Origin: Mustelus asterias
Taxonomy: Eukaryota
DNA length: 64,000 bases
Direction of reading: 5' to 3'
Assembly (NCBI RefSeq): GCF_964213995.1
Contig: NC_135806.1
Span: 139,748,001-139,812,000 of the forward strand
Shown here: positions 25,774 to 39,000 of the stretch, piece by piece
Position numbering within the stretch: the first letter of the stretch is position 1
How the letters are laid out: every line of letters starts with the position of its first letter
The notes under the pieces: generated by a model
The model's input: the letters and a program-made list of their open reading frames with translations, nothing else
Told to the model about the DNA's origin: nothing
The model's database searches: none
Made by a program: the position numbers and the translations under genes

Positions 25774-26843
25774 GGCTTTTGCTACCAAATAAACCTGTTG
25801 GACTTTAACCTGGTGTTGTTAAACTTCTTACTGTGTTTACCCCAGTCCAACGCCGGCATCTCCACATCTTAAAAAAATCAGCATTGGACCTTCAATTTCA
25901 CCATTGCTGCAATCATTCTGCCTACTGTGTGTAAAGGTAATGAAAGGAAGACAAAACTCTCATTAATACAGCACCTTTAGGCCAACAGTGCTTGGTGGGC
26001 ATCTCGGTGGCTGGTGTGCATCATCATACCAAGGAATGATACTTTGCTTTAATTTATTAAGCTTCTTCTTGCTGTTACATTTTAATTACACTGCCCCATT
26101 AGGGGCTGTCACCCCTGTATTTTATTGATAATTGTTTTATTAAAAAGAGTTTATATTGGGCAATATTTGTAACCAGATGCCAAGAATGGGCTTTGTCATT
26201 TTACAAAGGTTGGTGAATTGATTGGTGAATCTTGAAAGGGGGAAAATATAATACGTGATTGTGGTGAGGGGGGTGGGAGGAATAAGGGGCCCAGGAAGAT
26301 GAGGACATCAGGCTCCATGAATTCCCTCGCTTGCTCTGTCCCCAGGATGTTGATGTCAGAATCCATCACTGGTAATGCCTTTGCATTGCAAAGGAAGATG
26401 GTTCAATTCTCTCCTAGCAAAGTAGGAAAAATAAAATCCTACTGCACTAAAGGAGGCCATTTAGCCCATTGTGCCTAATCAGGCCAAGAGAAAACTATCC
26501 AGTCTAATGCTATCCGCTCGTTCTACCTAAAGTCATATCCAAGTGTTGTGATGAGGATCTCTTCCTCTATCACCCTTTCAGTGTGCTCCAGAAACCCACT
26601 ATCTTCCAGGTGAAAACAAATTACTCTTGAATCTCACTCTCATCCTTTCAGCAGTTATTTTATATCTATCACCCTTGCTTATTGACCTATCTTGCTGGGG
26701 GTTGTCATTGTATGGCACTTACATGCCATGAATCAAACCTGTCACTTTTCAGCCCAAGCCTGAATGCTATTCAGGTCTTGCAGGTTTTTTAGAAAACACA
26801 TGTTTGTCCCTGTGCTGTTCTAATATTCTCTCTCTCTCTCCAG

Positions 26844-27223
26844 AGCTTTCACTTAATGATTGGTCAATGACAGTGGCGGATATTATGAGTGTTGAGGAAG
26901 GGGGATCCGCTGTCCTGCCGTGCACTTTCACCCACCCACACCCTGATCGCACAGTCACCGGCTCTGTGAGATGGTACCACCCCGATTCAAAGGCTTACAA
27001 AGTTACCTTTAAGTGTACATATTCCGGCGGGTCCAGGGTGAAGCATGTGAGAGTGGGAAACAGCGGGATGGTGGGAGTCGATTCAAATTTGTGGGGAACT
27101 TCAGCAACAATGATGTCTCAATAATGATGGAGCGGCTGAGCTGGGTGGAAAGCGGTGAATATCACTGCCAGGTGAAACTCAATGTTGGAACATTTCAAAC
27201 ATAGAAATCAACAATTCTGACAA
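26844..27223 (+). pseudogene. Ig V-set domain exon 1, Siglec-15-like, disabled
   Basis: Acceptor ctctctccag. Reads LSLNDWSMTVADIMSVEEGGSAVLPCTFTHPH..VRWY..VTFKC, frameshift near 27025, then EAC..SRFKFVGNFSNNDVSIMMERL..SGEYHCQVKL..T*. Matches recalled Siglec-15 motifs (WSM, LPCTFTHPH, FRC..C, RF..GN...ND.S..ERL, YFCRV). TAG at 27202-27204. The 3' boundary is uncertain. Confidence 0.85.
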
Positions 27224-27408
27224 GTGAGAAATAAGGAACAATGTTCAGGGGCTGTAGCTACCCTGACAGTTTAATGGGTTAAGGATGCAGACTGGTCCAG
27301 CCCTGAAGCACACAGGGAAATAAACCCTCAGCAGCCCTGGGTTTTGAAGGGGGAATATTGTCTGAGGGTCCTGCTCCAGATCACTCTACAATGATTCCTC
27401 TTGGATCA

Positions 27409-29420
27409 GCCGCGATTCTCCCAAAAATATTCAGTGTCGAATTCGCATGAAAACTGGAGTAAATCATGCTGGTTTTTTTCAGTGGGAGTTCAGAGAAGAA
27501 TCTCCCACACTCTGTGCAATGCAGAGTGCACAAGTGTAAATCCTGTTGAAAATCAGGGGACAGGGCCCATCCCCGCCCGGAGGCTGGCAGCGTAGCGCCC
27601 AGTGGGCCACTGCTCATGTGCCAATTTGTCAGCACCAAGATGGCCCCTTTCTGCCGGCATCCCAATTGCTGGCCAGCTCGATTGCTGGCCAGCCCCGCGA
27701 CCTCCACATCGCCAGCTCTCTCATCCCCCCACCGCACCGCCCCCCAACAGCCCGATCATTGACCCCCCAAGCACGTCCAGGCCCAGCCCTGACTCCCCCA
27801 TCCCTCTGCTCCTGGCCCGCTCTAATCTCCAGCACATCACCCCTCCCGATACCTCCACCGGTGTAGCGGGATCCCCCTTCTTAACTCCACTCGTGGGCTT
27901 ATCTCAGGTTTGGTTCTCCGTTACCCAAACCCCACCAATGCCCGAGTGATTCTCTCTCTCGCCGATGGAACAACGGCCACCTTGCGCCTACTTCACTAGA
28001 GCAGCGCCCCCAAGAGAGAGAAAAGGAAACTGCTGGCTATCCACTACCTGGCAGCCTTTCCTGAGTGGGCGGGTTCGAATCACCCGGAGTACCCTCGGTT
28101 CTCGACTCCGGAATTATGGTAAGGGATATTAAAATGTGACCTGACCAGAGATAGCTGATGAGAAAATGAAAGAGCAAGATGGACTCCAATCAAGTTCAAG
28201 TCATATATCTTTTATTAAACACCAAAATTAAACCTCATCAACACCAGAAAACAAACATATAGGTATCTTATACTCTATAACTATGACTATGGGAAACAAA
28301 ACTAAACGGGCACAACGGAAATTCTAACTTCAAACAGTGTTAGCAATATCTTATACTATGAAACGATTCATGCACCCACCATTCCCACAAAAGCCTCCAC
28401 TGCTATGTTACCCTCGGGAACTTCACGAATTATTAGGAAATACTCAGTTGAGCCGACCTTGACCTTCTGGGCTGTCTGTGTGCTGGAAAACAGCTGTCTG
28501 CAACGTGGTTCAGGAGGGAGAGAGAGTTGCCATGCTGGTCCGAAGAGAAGAGAATGGCTGCAAAACCACACTTTTTAAAGTTCGGATTTCAAAAGTCCCG
28601 TGAGCTCCGCCCCCACCGGCAATTGCAAGAACAATGGTCCTAGAGCGCTATCAGCTCCAGTGATAGCACAGTCTATTGAAATCACAAATGGCTGAGACTG
28701 CCTTGTCCAGTATGAATGGCCCATCGATGTTCCTAATTACTTTACCGGGGCTTACAGATTGCTTTCCCATCATGGAGATGGGTTTCTCCTTACTGCTGGA
28801 TAGCCCCATTATCATATCTATTGTATCTTATCCAGGTACACTGTGGCTGGTATTGATCTTCCAATCTCGATGCAGGTGTGGTCTGGTGACGTCATCTGCT
28901 CCCTTTGTGATTCAGTTAATCTAATCAGCAGCCCGTCTGGACGCTGACTGTTTGTGAATTCGACTGGAGGCAGGCAGGGCTGAGCCTGCTGGGAGAAAAC
29001 AGCCAGTTTCTGCAGCCAAACGTGGCCACTTCTACCATTTAAATGGCCAATGTGCGTTTTACAGTCCTTATATGCGTTGGTGGTGCCCGAAAAACTTACA
29101 CCGGCAGTCCCTCCCTTCCCCTCCGCAGTGCCAACCACCCTCGACCCTCACAGCCCTGACCCCTTCCCTGCCTCATCAGCAGGCTGACTCCCCCCCCCCC
29201 CCCCCCCCCCCGGTCACCCCAATGGCCAGCCCTGATTGCTGGCACGATCTCTCCCCCATCCCTTTCTCTCCTGTCCCTGTCTTGGTCAGGTATGCAGCCA
29301 TGGAAAGTTTGGTTCAAGGGTGGCCACAGAGGGTTGGCAGCAGCCATGGGAATGTTTTGTGTTTGTGCTTCAGGGTGGGCAGTGCATGCCAGTGGCAACT
29401 AGTTTGAGCCTCTTTATTTA
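27409..29420. mobile_element. GC-rich DNA-transposon-like element interrupted by a solo LTR
   Basis: Start gcgattctcccaaaa is related to 8086-8597. C-rich sequence resumes after 29100. The right end is uncertain. Confidence 0.4.
27862..29100 (-). mobile_element. Solo LTR (~1.24 kb)
   Basis: TGTA...TACA ends and 4-bp TSD ccgg (27858-27861 and 29101-29104). AATAAA on the minus strand near 28213 suggests orientation. Confidence 0.65.
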
Positions 29421-29716
29421 AGTCAGGAGTTGGAGTTGGCTCCTCCACTTCTGTGTATTTCCACTGACATCAATACATAGCCTTCTCCTCACACCAGGTC
29501 AGTGAGAAAGGAGGGAATGGGTAGTTGGCACTTAGACAATATCTGATTGACATGCTGATTGGCCAATCACCATTGTGGGCCTGGCAATCCAGTCTCCCAA
29601 ACAGCCAATCAGCACTGACAATGAACAAAGCCTTACTGGATTGCAGACATCCTGCAGGGATTAAATTGAGGAATGTCACCAAGTCAATTCTGCTCAAATC
29701 AAGTGTCCAAAAGTTG

Positions 29717-30007
29717 ACGGCACGGTGGCATACTGTCAGCACTGCTGCCTCACAGCGCTAAGGACCCGGGTTTCAGCTCGGCCTCAGGTCACTGTCTGTG
29801 TCTGCGTGGGTTTCCTCCAGGTGCTCCAGTATCATCCCACAGTCCAAAAGACGTGCTGGTTAGGTGCATTGGCCATGCTAAATTCTCCCTCAGTGTACCT
29901 GAACAGGTGCCGGAGTGTGGTGACGAGGGGATCTTCACAGTAACTTCATTGCAGTGTTAATGTAAGCCTATTTGTGACACTAATAAATAAACTTTAAAAA
30001 CTTTAAA
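29717..30007 (+). mobile_element. V-SINE with alternative tail
   Basis: Same structure as 2404-2713. Confidence 0.75.
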
Positions 30008-30734
30008 GACAACCCCCTCTTTCCAGGACCAAAGAACAATACAGCACAGGAACAGGCCCTTTGGCCCTCCAAGCCTGCGCCGCTCATGTGCCCAACAAGA
30101 CCATTTGTTTGCATCCCTCTATTCCCAGTCTGTTCATGTGGCTATCTAAATAAGTCTTAAACGATCCCAGCGTGTCCGCATCAATCACCTTGCTTGGCAG
30201 TGCATTCCAGGCCCCACCACCCTCTGTGTAAAATACGTCCCCCTGACATCTATATTGAACCTTGCCCCCCTCACCTTGAACCCGTGACCCCTTGTGTTCG
30301 TCACCTCCGACCTGGGAAAAAGCTTCCCACTGTTCACCCTATCTATGCCCTTCATAATTTTATACACCTCTCTTAGGTCGCCCCTCATCCTCCGTCTTTC
30401 CAGGGAGAACAACCCCAGTTTACCCAATCTCTCCTCATAGCTAAGACCCTCCATACCAGGCAACATCCTGGTAAACCTTTTCTGTACTCTCTCCAAAGCC
30501 TCCACGTACTTCTGGTAGTGTGGCGACCAGAACTGGACGCAGTATTCCAAATGTGGCCTAACCAACGTTCTATACAGCTGCAACATCATATGCCAACTTT
30601 TATATTCTATGCCCTGTCCAATAAAGGCAAGCATGCCATATGCCTTCTTCACCACCCTCTCCACCTGTGCTGCCACCTTTAAGGATCTGTGGACTTGTAC
30701 ACCCAGGTCCCTCTGTGTGTCTATACTCCTGATA

Positions 30735-31066
30735 GCGGCACGGTAGCACAGTGGTTAGCACTGCTGCTTCACAGCTCCAGGGTCCTGGGTTCGATTCCCT
30801 GCTCGGGTCACTGTCTGTGTGGAGTTTGCACATTCTCCTCGTGTCTGCGTGGGTTTCCTCCGGGTGCTCCGGTTTCCTCCCACAGTCCAAAGATGTGCGG
30901 GTTAGGTTAATTGGCCATGCTAAAAATTGCCCCTTAGAGTCCTGTATGCGTAGATTAGAGGGATGAGCGGTTAAAAATATGTAGAGATATCTGGGTGGGA
31001 TTGTGGTCGGTGCAGACTCGATGGGCCGAATGGCCTCTTTCTGTACTGTAGGGTTTCTATTCTATG
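30735..31066 (+). mobile_element. HE1 V-SINE nested in CR1
   Basis: Full SINE. tgatag duplicated at the junctions. Confidence 0.88.
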
Positions 31067-31527
31067 ATAGTTCTGCCATTTATTGTATAGCTCCCCCTTA
31101 CATTAGATCTACCGAAATGCACCACTTCACATTTATCTGGATTAAATTCCATCTGCCATTTCTCCGCCCAATGTTCCAGCCTATCTATATCCTGCTGTAT
31201 TCTCTGACAATGTTCATCACTATCCGCAACTCCAGCAATCTTTGTGTCGTCCGCAAACTTACTGATCACACCAGCTACATCTTCCTCCAAATCATTTATA
31301 TATATATATATATATATATATATCACAAACAGCAGAGGTCCCAGTACAGAGCCCTGTGGAACACCACTAGTCACAGACCTCCAACCGGAAAAAGACCCCT
31401 CCACTGTTACCCTCTGTCTTCTATGGCTAATCATGATGTGGAGATGACGGCGTTGGACTGGGGTAAGCACAGTAAGAAGTCTCACAACACCAGGTTAAAG
31501 TCCAACAGGTTTATTTGGTAGCAAATA

Positions 31528-31564
31528 CCATAAGCTTTCGGAGCACAGCTCCTTCGTCAGATGG
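31528..31564 (-). ncRNA. Minimal hammerhead ribozyme
   Basis: Same sequence as 1019-1055, on the minus strand. Confidence 0.75.
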
Positions 31565-32149
31565 AGTGGATATCTGTTCTCAAACAGTGCAAACAGACAC
31601 AGAAATCAAATTACAGAATACTGATTAGAATGCAAATCTCTACAGCCAGCCAGGTCTTAAATGTACAGACAATGTGGGTGGAGGGAGCATTCAACACAGG
31701 TTAAAGAGATGTGTATTGTCTCCAGACAGAACAGCTAATGAAATTCTGCAAGTCCAGGAGGCAAGCTGTGGGGGTTACTGATAATGTGACATAAACCCAA
31801 CATCCCGGTTTAGGCCGTCCTCATGTGTGCGGAACTTGGCTATCAGTTTCGAGTCGCTGAGCAGAAACTGATAGCCAAGTTCCGCACACATGAGGACGGC
31901 CTAAACCGGGATGTTGGATTTATGTCACATTATCAGTAACTCCCACAGCTTGCCTCCTGGACTTGCAGAATTTCACTAGCTGTTCTGTCTGGAGACAATA
32001 CACATCTCTTTAACCTGTGTTGAATGCTCCCTCCACCCACATTGTCTGTACATTTAAGACCTGGCTGGCAGTAGAGATTTGCATTCTAATCAGTATTCTG
32101 TAATTTGATTTCTGTGTCTGTTTGCACTGTTTGAGAACAGATATCCACT

Positions 32150-32186
32150 CCATCTGACGAAGGAGCTGTGCTCCGAAAGCTTATGG
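32150..32186 (+). ncRNA. Minimal hammerhead ribozyme
   Basis: ccat CTGACGA a ggagc tgt gctcc GAAA gc TT atgg. Confidence 0.75.
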
Positions 32187-34129
32187 TATTTGCTACCAAA
32201 TAAACCTGTTGGACTTTAACCTGGTGTTGTGAGACTTCTTACTGTTCTATGGCTAAGCCAGTTCTCCACCCATCTAGCTAGCTCACCTTTTATCCCGTGA
32301 GATTTAATCTTTTGCACCAGCCTGCCATGAGGGACCTTGTCAAACGCTTTACTAAAATCCATATAGATGACATCCACGGCCCTTCCCTCGTCAATCGTTT
32401 TTGTCACCTCCTCAAAAAACTCAACCAAATTTGTGAGGCATGACCTCCCTCGTACAAAACCATGCTGTCTATCGCTAATGAGATTATTCAGTTCTAAATG
32501 CGCATATATCCTATCTCTAAGAATCTTCTCCAACAATTTCCCTACCACGGACTTCAAGCTCACCAGCCTATAATTACCCGGGTTATCCTTGCTACCCTTC
32601 TTAAATAACAGGACCGCATTTGCTATCCTCCAATCCTCTGGGACCTCACCTGTGTCCAGTGAAGAGACAAAGATTTCTGTTGGAGGCCCAGCAATTGCAT
32701 CTCTTGCCTCCCTGAGGAGTCTAGGATAGATGCCATCTGGCCCTGGGGATTTGTCTGTCTTAATGTTTCCTAAAAAACCTAACACTACCTCCCTTGTAAT
32801 TGAGATTTTTTTCTAACGGGTCAACACCTCTCTCTGAGACACTACCAGTCAACATGTCCCTCTCCTTTGTGAATACTGATGCAAAGTATTAATTTAGGAT
32901 TCCTCCTACTTCCTTGGGTTCTAAGCATAATTCCCCTCCTTTGTCCCTGAGAGGTCCGATTCTTTTGCTAACAACCCTCTTGTTCCTAACGTATGTATAA
33001 AATGCCTTAGGATTCTCCTTAATCCTGTCTGCCAAGGACATTTCGTGACCCCTTTTTGCCCTTCTAAGTCCCTGTTTGAGTTCTTTTCTACTTTCTCTGT
33101 ATTCCTCCAGTGCTCCATCTGTTTTTAGCTGCCTGGACCTCATGTATGCCTCTTTTTTCTTTTTGATTAGACCCACAATTTCACTGGTTATCCACGGCTC
33201 CCGAATCCTACCTTTCCTACCCTTCCTCTTTACAGGCACATGCCTGTCCTGCAGTCCTATCAACTGCTCCTTATAAGACTCCCACATGCCAGATGTGGAT
33301 TTACCCTTGAACAGCCTCTCCCAATCAACAGCCACCAAATCCTGCCTAATCCGGCTGTAGTTAGCCTTCCCCCAATTCAGCACCTTACTCTTGGGACAAC
33401 ACTCATCTTTTTCCATTACTATCCTAAAGTTTACAGAATTGTGGTCACTATTTGCCACATGTTCCCCTACTGAAACTTGGATGATCTGACCGGGCTCATT
33501 CCCCAGTACTCGGTCCAGTATAGTCCCTTCTCTAGTTGGACTGTCAACATATTGTTCCAAAGAACCTTCCTGTACGCATTTTATAAATTCTTCCCTGACC
33601 ACTTTAGCAAACACTTGCTATACTACCTCCAGTACAATATAGGTATATCCTTTTTTATCTGTATCCTTTCTTAAATATGTGGACCAAAACTGCGCACAGT
33701 ATTCCAGATGTGGTCTCAATAAAACTCTGTACAATTATAGCAAAACTTCTTTATTCCTCTACTCCAAACTCCTTACAATAAAGGCCAACTTGCCATTTGC
33801 TTAATTGTTTGGCTGCACCTGCATGCTAATTTACTGTGTTCCTTGGACAAGTCTCTTTGAATATCAACACTTACAGGTTTCTCAATAATAAAAAAATAGA
33901 CTTTTCTTTTTTCCAACCAAATTATACAACATCATACTTCCCTAGCTTAATAAAGCTGAGGATACTGTTTGCTTTATTAACTGCGCTCCCAACCTTTCCT
34001 GCCATCTTCAATGACTTACGCACATAAACAGCAGGCTCCTCTGTTTCCGCACCCACTTCAGAATAATACCCTTGATTTTGTATTGTCTCTTCATCATCTT
34101 CCTGAATCAGTTCTCTCCCATTTTGAAAA

Positions 34130-35090
34130 CTACTTGGAGGGAGCACTGAGGGTAGCAAGGGAACAGAGTATGCTCTGGGTGGGGAGCTCACCAAGAGGGG
34201 CTCGGTAGTACCACCACAGACCGAGCTGGCCGGGTCCTAAAGAGCATAGCTGCCAGACTGGGACTGGTGAGGGAACCAACAAGAGGGAAATATATACTTG
34301 ACCTGATCTTCACCAATCTACCTTTATCAGATGACAGAATTGGTAGGAGTGACTATGACTCAGACCTTCTGAAAATCATATCCATCTTCACATTGAAGAT
34401 ACCCTCCATCATGTTGTGTGGCACTACCACTGTGCTAAATAGGATGAATTTCAAACAGATTTAGCAACTCAAAACTGGGCATCCATGAGGTGCTGTGGGC
34501 CAACAGCAGAATTGTATTCAACCACAATCTGTAACTTTATGGCCTGGCATATCCCCCACTCTACCATTATCACCAGCTCAGGTGATCAACCCTGGTTCAA
34601 TGTCGAGTTCAAGAGGGCATGCCAGGAGCAGCACCAGGCATATAAAAATGAGGTTTCAACCTGGTGAATCACAAAACAGAACTACTTGCATGCCAAACTG
34701 TGCAAGCAGCATGCAATTGATAGGGTTAAGCGATCCACAAATAATGGATCAGATCCATTGAATGGTTGAATTGAACTACCCATTCCCTCCTTTCTCAGTG
34801 ACCTGGGATGAGGAGAGGGCTGTGTATTGATGACAGTTAAACAACTCACTGGAGGAGGAGGCTCCACAAATATCCCCATCCTCAATGATGGAGGAAGCCC
34901 AGCAGATCAAAGCAAAAGATACGGAAGAAGCATTTTCGACAATCTTTAACTAGACGTGCCGAGTGAATGATCCATCTCAGCCCCCCTGGAGATCCAAAGC
35001 ATCAAAGATGTCAGGCTTCAGCCAATTCAACTCCTCGAAACGGCTGAAGGCACTGGATACTGCAGAGTCTATGGACCCTGACAATATTCT
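34130..35090 (+). mobile_element. Old degraded CR1/L2-clade LINE fragment (EN-tether region)
   Basis: Remnant motifs VREPTRGKYILDLIFTNLP..IGRSD, DQPWFN, MDPDNI. Confidence 0.6.
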
Positions 35091-35292
35091 GTTTCCAATG
35101 CTAAAATGTCATCCCTGCTTGGGATAAGCATCTCACCTCTGATTTTTCCATTCATTTCTGAACTTTATATGCTGTAGTATTAAGCGCAGTCCTCACCATT
35201 TTTTAGTTTCTGATATTGCCAGCGCATCACATTCCCACACATCAATTTGTGCTTGTAGCTCACCATCCTTATTCATCACTGTTGTGAAGTTA

Positions 35293-36021
35293 CATAGAAA
35301 CATAGAAAACTACAGCACAAAACAGGCCCTTCGGCACCACAAGTTGTGCCAAACATATCCCTACCTTTTAGGCCTGCCTATAACCCTCCATCCTATTAAG
35401 TCCCATGTACTCATCCAGGAGTTTCTTAAAAGACCCTATTGGGTTTGCCTCCACCACCACTGACGGCAGCCAATTCCACTCGCCCACCACCCTCTGTGTG
35501 AAAAACTTCCCCCGAACATTTCCCCTGTACCTACCCCCCAGCACCTTAAACCTGTGTCCTCTCGTAGCAGCCATTTCCATCCTGGGAAAAAGCCTCTGAG
35601 AGTCCACCCGATCAATGCCTCTCAACATCTTATATACCTCTATTAGGTCTCCTCTCATCCTACATCTCTCCAAGGAGAAAAGACCGAGCTCCCTCAGCCT
35701 ATCCTCATAAGGCATGCCACTCAATCCAGGCAACATCCTTGTAAATCTCCTCTGCACCCTTTCAATCTTTTCCACATCCTTCCTGTAATGAAGCGACCAG
35801 AACTGAGCACAGTACTCCAAGTGGGGTCTGACGAAGGTCTTATATAGCTGCATCATTATCCCCGGACTCCTAAACTCAATCCCTCGATTGATAAAGTCCA
35901 GCACACCATACGCCTTCTTAACCACCTCCTCCACCTGTGGGGCCGATTTTAGAGTACTATGGACCCGGACCCCAAGGTCCTTCTGATTCTCTACCGTACT
36001 AAGAGTCTTTCCCTTTATATT
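35293..36021 (-). mobile_element. CR1 LINE 3' end (A)
   Basis: ORF 35368..36075 C-terminal domain, with (catagaaa)n tail. Confidence 0.9.
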
Positions 36022-39000
36022 AACATAGAACATAGAACATAGAAAGCCACAGCACAAACAGGCCCTTCGGCCCACAAGTTGCGCCGATCACATCCCCACC
36101 TCTAGGCCTATCTATAGCCCTCAATCCCATTAAATCCCATGTACTCATCCAGAAGTCTCTTAAAAGACCCCAACGAGTTTGCCTCCACCACCACCGACGT
36201 CAGCCGATTCCACTCACCCACCACCCTCTGAGTGAAAAACTTACCCCTGACATCCCCCCTGTACCTACCCCCCAGCACCTTAAACCTGTGTCCTCTCGTA
36301 GCAACCATTTCAGCCCTTGGAAATAGCCTCTGAGAGTCCACCCTATCCAGACCCCTCAACATCTTGTAAACCTCTATCAGGTCACCTCTCATCCTTCGTC
36401 TCTCCAGGGAGAAGAGACCAAGCTCCCTCAACCTATCCTCATAAGGCATGCCCCCCAATCCAGGCAACATCCTTGTAAATCTCCTCTGCACCCTTTCAAT
36501 GGCTTCAACATCTTTCCTGTAATGAGGTGACCAGAACTGCGCGCAGTACTCCAAGTGGGGTCTAACCAGGGTCCTATAAAGCTGCAGCATTATCTCCCGA
36601 CTCCTAAACTCAATCCCTCGATTAATGAAGGCTAGTACGCCATACGCCTTCTTGACCGCATCCTCCACCTGCGAGGCCGATTTAAGAGTCCTATGGACCC
36701 GGACCCCAAGGTCCTTCTGATCCTCTACACTGCTAAGAATGGTACCCTTCATTTTATACTGCTGCTCCATCCCATTGGATCTGCCAAAATGGACCACTAC
36801 GCATTTATCTGGGTTGAAGTCCATCTACCACTTCTCCGCCCAGTCTTGCATCCTATCTATGTCCCTCTGTAACTTCTGACATCCCTCCAGACAACCCCAC
36901 CAACCTTTGTGTCGTCGGCAAACTTACCAACCCATCCCTCCACTTCCTCATCCAGGTCATTTATGAAAATGACAAACAGCAGGGGTCCCAGAACAGATCC
37001 CTGGGGCACACCACTGGTGACCGACCTCCAATTAGAAAAAGATCCATCTATACACACTCTCTGCCTCCTTTGGGCAAGCCAGTTCTGGATCCACAGGGCA
37101 GCAGCCCCTTGGATCCCATGCCCTCTCACTTTTTCTGGAAGCCTTGCATGGAGGACCTTATCGAACGCCTTGCTAAAATCCATATAAACCACATCTACCG
37201 TTTTCCCTTCGTCAATGTGTTTAGTCACATTTTCGAAGAACTCCACCAGGCTCGTAAGGCACGATCTGCCTTTGACAAAGCCATGCTGAGTATTCTTGAG
37301 CATACTAAACCTCTCTAAATGCTCATAGATCTTATCCCTCAGGATCTTCTCCATCAGCTTACCAACCACTGAGGTTAGACTCACCGGTCGGTAATTTCCT
37401 GGGCTATCCCTATTCCCCTTCTTGAAAATAGTAACCACATCCGCAATCCTCCAATCCTCTGGCACCTCTCCCGTCTCCATCGACGACGCAAGGATCATCG
37501 CCAGAGGCTCTGCAATCTCTTCCCTCGCCTCCCACAGTAACCTGGGGTACATTCCATCCGGACCCGGCGACTTATCTATCTTGATGCCATTCAAAGATTC
37601 CCGCACAACCTCTTTCTTAAAGTCCACATACTCAATCCTTTCAATCCACCGCAAGCTCACAGTACATCCACCCAGGTCCTTCTCCTCTGTGAAAACTGAG
37701 GCAAAATACTCATTAAGCACCTCTGCCATTTCTACTGGTTCCGTACTGATTTTCCCGCCTTCACCTTTTATAGGCCCTATTCCTTCACGTCTCATCCTTT
37801 TACTTTTCACATATTTATAGAATGCCTTGGGGTTTTCCTTAATTCTACTTGCCAAGGCCTTCTCGTGACCCCTTCTGGCTCTCCTAATTTCCTTCTTTAG
37901 TCCCTTCCTACAAGTCATATACTCATCTAGATCCCTATCTTCGCCAAGCTCTCTGAACCTTTTGTACACTTTCCTTTTCTTCTCGACTAGGTCCCGCACA
38001 GCTTTCGTGCACCACGGTTCCTTTAACCTACCAACCCCTCCCTGTCTGCTCGGAACATTGTCCTGTAGAACCCTAGACAGACATTCCTTGAAAAACTGCC
38101 ACCTCTCTTCAGTAGATTTCCCCGAGAATACCTCCTTCCAATTTACTCCTCTAATTTGCTGCCTTATGTCTTCATATTTCCCCTCACTCCATATAAACGC
38201 TTTCCTAGCTTGCCTGATCCTCTCTTTTTCCAATGCAAGCATAAAGGAGATAGAGTTATGATCGCTATCCCCAAGATGCTCTCCCACTGAGAGATCTGAC
38301 ACCTGTCCAGGCTCATTGGTCAGTATCAGATCAAGTACAGCCTCTCCTCTTGTAGGCTTGTCCACGTGCTGTGTCAGGAAACCCTCCTGAACACACCTAA
38401 TGAACTCCTCCCCATCCAATCCCCTTACCCGAGGGATATTCCAATCAATGTTTGGGAAATTAAAGTCTCCCATCACAACAACCCTGCTATTGTTGCAACT
38501 CTCCAGGATCTGTTTCCCTATCTGCTCCTCCACCTCCCTGTCACTATTGGGCGGCCTATAGAAAACTCCCAGCAAAGTGATCGACCCCTTCCCACTCCGA
38601 ACTTCCACCCAGAGCGACTCTGTAGACAATCCCTCCACAGCGTACACCTTCTTTACAGCTGTGACACTATTCCTGATCAGCAGTGCCACTCCACCCCCTC
38701 TCTTGCCTCCCTCCCTGTCCTTCCTGAAACATCTGAATCCCGGCACCCTGGAGTATCTAGTCCTGTTCCTGAGACATCCAAAGAACAAAGAACAAAGAAC
38801 AATACAGCACAGGAACAGGCCCTTCGGCCCTCCAAGCCCGTGCCGCTCCCCGGTCCAGGATTGAATCCTGAATCCAGGATCCCCGCCCAATTTTCCAGCC
38901 TATCTACATCCTAATATCCTATCCACTGAGCTGTCCCTCACAGCTACGATGCTTTGTTCATCACAACTATTAACTCACCCCCACCCCCCCATTCCAGACC

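Larger units (their letters stand above)
20683..25867. mobile_element. Penelope-like element, large inverted duplication
   Basis: Arm 20683-23015 is the reverse complement of 23504-25831. TSD cttaaaaaaatc (20671-20682 and 25868-25879). Confidence 0.96.
31431..32244. mobile_element. Penelope hairpin insertion
   Basis: Inverted arms centred near 31855. TSD ttctatggctaa (31419-31430 and 32245-32256). Confidence 0.93.
30029..33597 (-). mobile_element. CR1 LINE (5'-truncated in EN), interrupted by an HE1 SINE and a Penelope hairpin
   Basis: ORF pieces 32889..33614, 32216..32785, 31057..31485, 30185..30676. Confidence 0.92.

Noticed and set aside
20683-25867. Fold-back assembly chimera as the explanation for the palindrome
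   Set aside because: Exact 12-bp TSD, arm-specific substitutions and a 5-bp indel, and the same architecture in four smaller insertions.
26844-27260. Rearranging Ig/TCR V gene segment
   Set aside because: No heptamer-spacer-nonamer RSS after the F-strand. The exon carries its own G-strand-like sequence and has Siglec-like motifs.
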